Assembly (NCBI GenBank): GCA_044892525.1
Contig: CM097885.1
Location: 46,750,001-46,810,000 of the forward strand
Length of the DNA stretch: 60,000 bases
Reading direction: 5' to 3'
DNA from: Schmidtea polychroa
Taxonomy: Eukaryota
Part shown: in pieces, positions 50,323 through 60,000 of the stretch
Layout of the letters: each line of letters opens with the position of its first letter
Numbering within the stretch: position 1 is the stretch's first letter
The notes under the pieces: model-generated
The model's database searches: none
What the model was told of the DNA's origin: nothing
The model's input: only the letters and a program-made list of their open reading frames with translations
Made by a program: the position numbers and the translations under genes

Positions 50323-50776
50323 AGTAGTAGCGCCGGGCTCAAACTAACTGCATGTATCCATAGGCGTCCGCAGGAATTTTTACAAGGGAGGGGGGAGCAA
50401 AAATTTTTTTTTACCCAGTAGACAATTTTTCTAGGGGAGAAGAGAGTTGGAAAAAATGCATGTGTATAATAAATATTTGGGGCATTATACAAAATAGGTC
50501 TTTTTTTCATTTATTTAAAAAATAGAACACTTTTTTTAAAACCAGAACGTCAATTAATTTTGAAAGTTTTTATACAAATAAGATGATTTGAAATCATTGA
50601 TTTCCAGATATAGTTAATAACATTAAAAAACAGGAAGCCTCTTTAAATTAAATTTTTTTATTAATTTTTTTTTGTCTTGTGTTTGTCCAACATTGTTTGA
50701 GCGCATCTATTAAAATGTATTTAAATTTATCGAAAAATAGAATGGTTTGGAAAATTCAGGGATGGTGGGGGGTGGG

Positions 50777-51062
50777 CAACGTTCCCTCTAAGCTGCGCGC
50801 GTGCGCGCGCGCGCAGCACCTCCAACTCCCCAGCGCAGCAAAATTATTTTCAGCGCAGTATATTTAATTCAACCGTTTCATGGCAGTTGTTCCTAGTAAA
50901 AAGCACACGGAAATTGTCGATGTAAATGGACCACCACCAGCGAAGACCGGTTATCTACTTAGTTTTCAACATAGTCGCTACAGTTATAGTTATTGTATTT
51001 AAAGGCTGCTCAGCGCAGCTGACTTTGCGCGCACTGCTGCTTATGGCTTAGAGGGAACATTG
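50777..51062. mobile_element. hAT MITE nested in another hAT-like end (CATAGGCGTCCGCAGG at ~50359)
   Basis: TIRs CAACGTTCCCTCTAAGC / GCTTAGAGGGAACATTG. Perfect 8-bp TSD GGGGTGGG (50769-50776, 51063-51070). Confidence 0.92.
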
Positions 51063-52039
51063 GGGGTGGGGTGGGCAAATGGAATTTTTACATTTTTTTC
51101 GTAAAATTTTTTTGTTTGGTTTTATTCGATTGTATTTGATTCGGAAAAATTCCTGATAAACTGTTAAAATAAATTATTTATTTATTGGTACTAAAATAAA
51201 ATCCATTCAGCTTTTATTTATTTATACATTATTATTTTTAAAAAATTTTTTTACAGTAAAATAAGCTTTATTTAATCTTGCTACTTAGATCAAGTAGGAT
51301 TATTAAACCATTTCCCCATATATGGGGACCATAGTCTATTAGACCTTTGGTTCTCGGGGTTACATTATTATTAGATATCAAATTATGCATTTATTTTTAA
51401 TTAAGACATGATAGAATTTAATATCAAATAATCTAATCATTTTTATTATTTTCGTTTCTTAATGTTTTTATATTCAATTGGGTTTATATTTTCAATCCAC
51501 AATAACCTTCAAATTTTATTATTTCTGTTGGGCTAGAACTGATTTCTAAACCCAAAGTTAGGAATGGGACGAAATGTGTCAGTACACAACACGCATACCC
51601 AGCATTAAGTTTACTTAAGTAAAAATATATAAAACACCAAGTAAACAATGATAATAGAGAGATAACATACCCAAAAATAAAACATCTGAATTAAAAATAA
51701 AATAAAACACGAGCAAGAATCATCCAAAATCATCACAATACAATACACTAAGGTTAATAAACAGAGTAGATCTCAGACCTAAATTAATCACAACTCTACA
51801 ATTCACAATTAATGTAGACGGTTAAATATCATCAAGAACCAACTCTACCTATACGTTTGTCGAATCTAGATTTATAAATGTCCTAAATAAATTTTCTAGT
51901 AATAGTGTAAAGTAAAGATTTTTTAAAATGATTGATTTAGTAGTAATAGCATTCATAAAGGTGTTCGATATGCGTATCAGCAAGACTTGGATTTTAAATT
52001 GAATAGACTCTAAACTAACTATAAAAATACCAATCGTAA

Positions 52040-53095
52040 ACCCATAAAAGTATAAATTATCATCTCAATTTCATAAAAATATGAATTATACTTATAGATT
52101 TAATTTCTTCAAAATATAAATTATGATTAGTTATAAAGGTATAAATTATAAATTTAATTTCTTAAAATTATAAATTACAAATTTATATTGACGATAAAAA
52201 TTATAAATTATAACTCTAAGTTAATTATAAAAATACAAATTATAATCTTAACTTCATAAAAATATAAATTATAAAATTATATTAGCTTTAAAATATAAAC
52301 TATAAAGTTAACTTAACTTCATAAAATTATAAATCATAAACTTGAAAGTATAAATTATAAAATTATATTAGCTTTAGAAATATAAACTATAAATTTAACT
52401 TCACCAAATATAAATTATAAACTTAAAAGCAAAAATTATAAAATTATATGGGCTTTAAAATATAAACTATAAGTTTAACTTCATAAAATATAAATTATAA
52501 ACTAAAAAGCATAAATTATAAAATTATATTTGCTTGAAAATATAAACTATAAAATTATATGAGCTTGAAAATATAAACTATGAATTTAACTTCATAAAAA
52601 TATAAATTATAAACTTATATTAGCTGTAAGAGTATAAATTACAATCTTAATTTGGTCTTAAAAGTATAAAATATAAACTACGTTAGCGATAAAAATAGAA
52701 TCTATAATCTCATAATAAGTTGTAAATATTTCATAAACACCCCCCCCCCCCCCGAAGTTATGTAATCGTCGAAACAGATGTTCAGATTCATAATCTAACT
52801 TATATATGTATATTTGAAACTTATAAAAGTATAACCTACATTTTTTCATAAGTACCCCCTCAAACTATACACTAGTCGATAAATTAACTTATATATGTAT
52901 AGTTATCAAATTTAATAATTCCTCAGATCACCTAACCATTAATTATTGTCTAAATACATTAATTCAAACTATTTTACATGTATATTGGTCTTACCTTACC
53001 TTTACGATATAAATTTGGAAAATTTTGATAAATGACCCCCCTTAATTCATATAACCATCAACCACTACCTGATACACTCATTAAGACTATTTAAT
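52040..53095. repeat. AT-rich satellite-like array (TATAAATTATAA and TGACCCCCCTCA units), resuming at 57045-57470
   Basis: Recurrent AAAATATAAACTATAAA, AACTTCATAAAA and ATGACCCCCCT..ATCATATAGxCAT motifs on both sides of LTR element C. Confidence 0.7.
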
Positions 53096-53100
53096 ATATA

Positions 53101-56100
53101 TGTAATAATATTAATGAATTAATATTATTATACTTGTTTTAATTTGTGTTAATAACAATAAAATATAAATTTGAATTTAGTCACTTTCTGAATTGTAACA
53201 ATGGCGTCACGAGCAGGATTTCCAGTATTAGATCTCACAAATGCAGATCAATGTCAAACATGGATGATGACATTCAGTGCAATGACTCGAATTAACAAAT
53301 GGGTTGATTCGGATAAACAGAATGTAATAACAGACAATTTCATTGCCGTATGCGGGTTCGAGGCCCTTGGCAAAGTCATATCAATGTTGTCCCCGAGAAA
53401 TATTCAAACAGTCAAATACGAAGAAATCGAAAGAACTATAAAATCGTTCCTACAACCAAAGACAAGACTAGTGATAGCAGAAAGAAATAAATTTTTCTCA
53501 TTAAAGCAGAAGGAATCAGAAGGAATCAGCGATTTCATTCTCAGACTAAGAAAGGGAGCCGAATTCTGTCAATTCTCAAAACTAAAGGAATCAACAGATC
53601 CGACAGAAGACATGATTACAATGTCACTAATTTCAGGATTACATGACAGTGAATCTAAAAAGCGTTTGTTGGAAAAGATAGGCCATTCGGAACCAAGCGT
53701 CGACGACATCAAAGAGTTCGTTCAAAACATGGAGCAATTGAAAAGCTTCATCAACAAGAACGTAACCCCTGCAGAATCAGAAGAAGACAACTAGGAGCTA
53801 CACTATATCAGAAGAGAGCAGAAATCAATAACAAAATGCAAGTTTTGTGGGTCAGACCACGCCCGAGGAAAATGTCCAGCTTTCGGGAAAAAATGCCTAA
53901 ACTGTTCAAAACCGAATCACTTCGCAATTGTATGCCTATCAGGGCAGAACAAACAAAATAAGCATGTGAATTCCGTTATAGAAAGCTCTACAGAATTGGA
54001 CATAGGATCCATATGTGCAGTAAATTCATGTCACAAAGAATTGGTAAGCTGCTTAATAAACTCAAACAAAATTCAGATGCAAATCGATACGGGAGCAGAT
54101 GTCTCTATAATTTCGTCGAAACTTTGGAAAGACTTAGGTGAACCGAAGTTAAAATATCATAATATGAAACTCACAGCCTACGACGGTCACATTATGAAAT
54201 GCCTAGGTTACTTCACAGCAGAAGTAGAAACGGAAAAAAGAATTCATGCTATCAAGTTAACAGTTATTGAATCAGAGAAATCATATGGATTTTTGGGACA
54301 AGATATTATTGAAGATACTATGACCATCAATTCAGCAACAGCAAAGAATAAATCGAGCAACTTCCTTCCAAGTATACGAGGTGTACAGGCAAAAATGGAA
54401 CTCTTAAAAGATGCTAATAATTTCTTTTGCAGAGCAAGACCAGTACCGTTAGCATTAGAGAGCAAAGTCAACGCTGAGCTCCTACGCCTAGAAGAAATGG
54501 GTATAATCTCCCCTTGTCGCGATCCAGTTGCCAATTGTTCACCAGTGGTATGGATCAAGAAAGACAATGGGGAATTGCGCATGTGCGTTGATTTCAAGGT
54601 CCACGTAAACCGTAAGATTAAAACTGAAACGTATCCTCTGCCAAATATTGAGACTATTTTTGCCCGTATGAAGAATGCAAAAAGATTCGCAAAGATAGGT
54701 CTGAAATCGGCATATTGGCAAATTTAACTAGACAATAATGCAAGGCAACTTTCCATCATAAATACCTCGAAAGGTCTATTCTACGTCAACCGACTACAAA
54801 TGGGTATGAAGAACTCATCTTCTATATTCCAGAGAACAATGGAAGACATACTAGCCGATATAAAAGGCATTTTAATCTATCAAGACGATATATTAGTCTT
54901 TGGAGAGAATGACGAGGCTCTAAAAAAACGATTAGAGGCGGTAAAGCAAAGATTAAAAGAAAAAAAGATTACAATAAACAAGGACAAATCAATCGAATAT
55001 GTCGACGAAATAACGTTCCTCGGATTCAGTATTTCAAGCCGAGGCATCCAACCGGACCAAAAGCTGGTCAATAAAATACAAGATATATCAGTGCCATCCA
55101 ACAAAAAAGAAGTTGAAAGTTTTATAGGCTTAGTAAATTATTTCGGCCGGTTGATACCACAATTCTCGAATAAAATATCACCGATAAATAACCTCCGAAA
55201 AAAAGAAGCTCAATTCATATGGTCAAAGGAATGTCAAGAAAGTTTTGATAAGCTAAAAACGGAACTGAGTTCCCATCCCATAGTTAGATCGTATTGTCTA
55301 AAAAAAGAAGCAACATTAACTACAGATGCATCGAAAGATGCCATAGGAGCAGTCCTCACACAAGAAGGACATCCAGTCATATTCGTCTCGAGGACATTAT
55401 CGGAAGCAGAAAAGAACTACTCTAATATAGAAAGAGAAGCATTAGCCATAGTCTGGTCAGTTTCAAGATTAAGCCACTTTCTATTAGGGCGAAAATTTAC
55501 ATTACAAACTGACCACCGCCCGCTCATATATTTATTAGGAAGTAATCAAGCAATACCGGATCATACTTCTCTGCGAATTACGAAATGGGCTTTAAATCTG
55601 ATGCAATATGATTACATCATTACACATGTTCCAGGAAAAGAAATTACTCATGCGGATGCATTGACGAGATTACGATTTAGTAATCAAGCGGTCGATTTTA
55701 AGACATTGAGCCATGCTAGAATGCACAGTGTCGTCTTTCAAACAATTTTAAAACCCCAAGAAGTAAAAAGTGAGTTACAATTAGACACTCGTATACAAGG
55801 AATTATGAACAGGGTAAAACGTGGAAAATGGTCAAACTGCAGTCAGTATGAATCCTCATTTAAGGCGGTTTCAGCATCTCTCACAATCGAAAATGGAATG
55901 CTATATAAAGGATCTCGTCTATTCATACCAGAACGTTTAAGGCAAAAGGCGATAGATTCGTTCCACAAGGAATCTCACAGTGGCATCCAATCATCCTGCA
56001 GGATGATTCAAAACGCAGCATGGTGGCCTGGTATAACGAGAGACATCGAACAATATGTGAAAAAATGTGAAATATGTTCTACTTTACGCCCCCAGAAACA

Positions 56101-57039
56101 GAAGACAGTCCACGAGTGGCCAAACGCCACACCCTTTGAAAGACTTCACATAGATTGGGCGTACTCCCGAGACGTCGGAAACATTTTAATAATCGTTGAT
56201 TCAGGATCGGGATGGATCGAAGCCTTTAGAACCAAAGAACGCACAACTGAAAACGTCATCAAATGCCTACGAACAGTATTCACCAGATTCGGAATACCAG
56301 AATGCATAGTATCCGACAACGCTCCTGAGTTTACATCAAAAGAATTTTTAGCATGGATTGAGAATCAAGGAGCTCGAAAGATAGAATCTCCGCCTTACTT
56401 TCCAATGGCAAATGGGAGGGCAGAGAGAGCTGTCCAGACAATAAAGAAGGGGATCAAATGTTGGAAGCTAAGCCAGTGTCATATGGAATTTGACGTCTTC
56501 CTCCAGAAGATGTTATTTTATCATCGCATCTCAGCAAACTATTATGGTAAATCTCCGGCGGAAATGGTTTTTGGAAGGCAGATTAGAAGACCAATAGTGA
56601 GCACATTCGACCAAGGCCAATCAGTCGGATACAAGCCGTCCTCCAATCATGAGTTAACAAATCAGCAATATCTTATGCCAAAAGGAAGAAACACGTCGTG
56701 GATAATAGACGTCGAGGGAGAGGAGCCTGTCTTACGACTATCAAGCAATAATCAGATATACTCCCCAGGCACCAAAAAATCAACAGAAAAAACGTTTACT
56801 TCTCAGGAGAACGCCGAGGACAATTCATATCAGCCTTCTCTCTTAACGGAGACTATGCCCGACGGCGATAACCGAGTGAGAAGTCAGAGATCAAGAAGAC
56901 CTCCGAACCTTTACGGCGAATGGACACTGGAGAGAGACATGTAATAATATTAAAGAATTAATATTATTATACTTGTTTTAATTTGTGTTAATAACAATAA
57001 AATATAAATTTGAATTTAGTCACTTTCTGAATTGTAACA
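53101..57039 (+). mobile_element. full-length Ty3/gypsy (Mag-like) LTR retrotransposon (element C)
   Basis: 100-bp LTRs 53101-53200 and 56940-57039 (TG...CA, 1 substitution). 5-bp TSD ATATA. PBS TGGCGTCACG. Confidence 0.96.
53201..56944 (+). pseudogene. single gag-pol ORF with two in-frame stops (53792-53794, 54725-54727)
   Basis: ORFs 53201, 53966 and 54800 share one frame. CKFCGSDHARGKCPAFGKKC knuckle, IDTGA protease, YQDD RT, TTDAS RNase H, and integrase with VSDNA and NGRAER. Confidence 0.92.
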
Positions 57040-57482
57040 ATATATCCTTAACTTAGATTACCTTTAAAATTATAGTTGAAAATTTTTCATCGAAGATCCC
57101 CCCCCCCCACAAACCATATAGTCATCAACTACCACCTAAATATACTAAATTAGCTTATCTTAATATATATTTAAAACTATAAATTGTACATTTTCATAAA
57201 TGACCCCCCTCAGATCATATAGTCATTAATGATTACCCAAAAGTACTAATTTAATTTGTTTTCAGATATATTCAACTTATATTACCTTTAAAAAATATAA
57301 CTTGTATTTTTTATTTAACCGACCCCCTCAAATCATGTAGCCATTAACTATTACGTAGGTATACTTAATTATATCATATTCATAGAGAGTTAAATTATAT
57401 TTCATTTAAAAATATAAATTCATAATTTTTCATAAATGACCCCCTCCCATATGTGGTAATCTTATAAAAATATAAATTTACA

Positions 57483-57642
<160 letters not shown>

Positions 57643-60000
57643 TAAAATAATTATCTTAATTTTATAAAAATAAAATTATAAACGAAATTATTGATTTTGG
57701 GATTCCCCTATCTCTAAATTTAGTTTCAATGACCCAATAATCTTCCAATAAAATTATAGAAAACCACTAAAATCTATTTTTAGTAACAGCCACCCCCCCA
57801 GAAAACGACGACACTATAACTTAAATTAAATATATAAATATGTATATATGTGTGTATGACCCCTCAAGTCATATAATGGCAAGAAATAGTGTTAACGATT
57901 GTTCACCTAAATTACATATATACCTATTCTACTTGTAAACTTTAGTTTTGACTTTTCCTTTCATGCCAACCCCAACATTAAGATTCTCAATATAAATCTG
58001 ATATACAATGATTTTGCAAAATTATAAAAATTTCCATCGATATCCCGGTTATATTAAAATCGGAATCTACATCAAGAGCCTTAATACAAAGTTGTTAGAT
58101 TAGTTTCCCAAATTTATAAAATGCGCAATCAACCCAAATTTGGTAATACCCCTCACCCTGCTATCTATATCACCCTTACATACGTCAATAACAATATATA
58201 CCTGCATCCCAACCTCAATCAATCATAAACCCCAAATCCGAAATATGAACATTTTTCAATAATAATAATAATAATCCAAAGAAAAGGCATGTTATATTTA
58301 ATAAAAAACTCAACCAAACATTTCATAATGCCACTAAGTTTTGATCCTTCAATCAATTCCGCTATTGTTACGATGTCATTTATATTGTCCCAAAAGTAGC
58401 ATCAACAAATCATCGGCATATACATTTTTCGAAACCAATTTAGCAGCTTGTTTGCAATTTAAAAGCAATGTTGAAAATTTAGCATCAGTGTTGATTTCGC
58501 CGTTTAATTTTGGCTGTTCTAATGATTTGGCAACTAATTTCTGTCATCTAGTAAGTGAAAAATTCGTTTTGAGAGACGATAGAATTCCAATAATGAATGG
58601 AAATTCACCTTTTCCTGAAAAGTTTACTAAGTAATTTATACCCGTGTGCTCCGACTAGTGTTTCTATTTCAGGTTTAAAATCGTTTTCAGTTGTAAACTT
58701 TCCGTTCAAATATTTAAAAATAAACATCTCCACAATCTACTAAAATAGCCACAGCGAGTCACCAGAACCTAAAAAGGGAACAATTCCTACTAACTTGTAC
58801 CTGAAAAATTTGTGAAAATAAATGTAACAATATAAATTACCAAACTGAACGAATAGAAATGTGGATTGTGCCGCTGATGACTGCCGCAACTGAGGAAGAA
58901 GCTAGCATTGCGAAAAAAAAGTTCGATGCTAGTGCTTCTTTCTCAGCGAGGTCGCATACAGTGGCAATTTCATAAATAACTACTTAAAAATTAAAATTCT
59001 AAATAAATATTAAAATTTGAATTCACCGCTTTGGGGTGATAAATAAATGACTGTTACGTCATCATTTAAAACAAATATTTAAGTCCAAGATTTACTAACT
59101 TAATTTATTAATTTAAGTTAAAGATTTATTACTTTAATTTATTATAAAATTTTAATTTTTCCGATGGATTTTTCATTTCCATGATTAAAGAACTAAAATA
59201 AATACTAGTTTTAGGCTAAATTAATATAAGATTAAAATTTAGACTAGTTGCAAATTCTCGTGGAATGGTGTGATAAGGCGGTCTAAGTAGTTTGTCGGGA
59301 TAGGTTGGCAGAGTGGACCAGACGCGTTGAGCATTTAAACCATAATTAAGTAGGGCAATGGGGCAACTTTAGGTAACGAATCTCATTTAGATGTCAGACG
59401 CAAGGAGATCCAACGAAGACGGAAAAGTTGGCCCATCTTCAGGGAAGGTAGGACAGATTGACCCATGAATAATCATGATTGATACGAATGGTGGGGTGAG
59501 CTGACACAGTGGAAGAATACAAGATACGTTAACAGGTTATCGGGAGCACTATCCGACGACAGGGACCATGTAAAGCGGACATAAACCTTCTAACGGTAGT
59601 CCGTGAACCCAAAGGAGTGCTCGACAATTACAGTGCAAGTAGTGCGCTCACTTTTTGCGAGCACTCACCCTCTTGATACAGTGCCAACGTTGATCGCTCA
59701 ACGGGTATCAAGCGGTAAACAATGTTGTATCTTGGGTTACGCTGGTAACAGCACTAAAGAGCAAAATATTTGATCATCAGTGACCTACCATTTCAATTTT
59801 GTTTGTAGATTCTTGTTCTGAAGTATAAACGAATTCATTTATTTTATAGCAAGAGTTATTATTTTAATATCTCAGCCTTCGACGGCAGATATGGTAAACA
59901 CTTCAATATCAATTTCTCACAAATCTTGGTCTTTCTTGTCGATCAAGTCTAACAGTTCATTTTTTAAATAATTAATTATTTTTGTGGAATAATTCTGAAT

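Noticed and set aside
53792..53794. TAG as programmed gag-pol readthrough codon
   Set aside because: It lies upstream of the gag zinc knuckle, and the element has a second stop inside RT, so a nonsense mutation is more likely.
58320..58800. ORF 58341-58634 and the opposite-strand frame with stops
   Set aside because: Probably decayed coding sequence on the minus strand, but no family can be assigned from the sequence alone.
58870..58945. CTGATGA...CGAAA hammerhead candidate and adjacent AGAAGCTAGCAT/ATGCTAGTGCTTCT hairpin
   Set aside because: No convincing stems I-III around the core motifs. The hairpin alone is uninformative.
59435..59460. GGGAAGGT resemblance to RNase P conserved region I
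   Set aside because: It lacks the following UCUG and any CR-V partner.

Overview
Very AT-rich eukaryotic (animal) genomic DNA, not prokaryotic. The 41-50 bp introns, a TRAF fragment and the TE mix would fit a planarian-type invertebrate, but that is inference only. I reconstructed three host genes by hand. (1) A 7-exon mitochondrial Era GTPase ERAL1 (minus, 16087-5333, 568 aa). (2) An 8-exon C19orf44/DUF4614-like gene (plus, 21345-45507, 550 aa), divergent from ERAL1. (3) An intronless calmodulin-lysine N-methyltransferase CAMKMT (48885-49688). Most remaining sequence is transposon-derived: several hAT elements (three with perfect 8-bp TSDs), Tc1 and pogo/Tigger relics, Harbinger, piggyBac and Merlin elements, a non-autonomous Helitron, a Penelope-like retroelement, three Ty3/gypsy LTR elements, and micro/minisatellites. 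The strongest unexplained signals are: a 240-bp TTAA-flanked piggyBac-type element carrying a TRAF MATH-domain coding fragment, nested in a Harbinger element; two minimal U3-A8 variant hammerhead ribozymes in Penelope pLTRs; a covarying -1 frameshift heptamer plus H-type pseudoknot shared by two diverged gypsy elements; a 313-bp near-perfect palindrome; an HSP70 5' fragment; and a multibranch structured GC-rich island near 59.6 kb. No database searches or folding programs were run.
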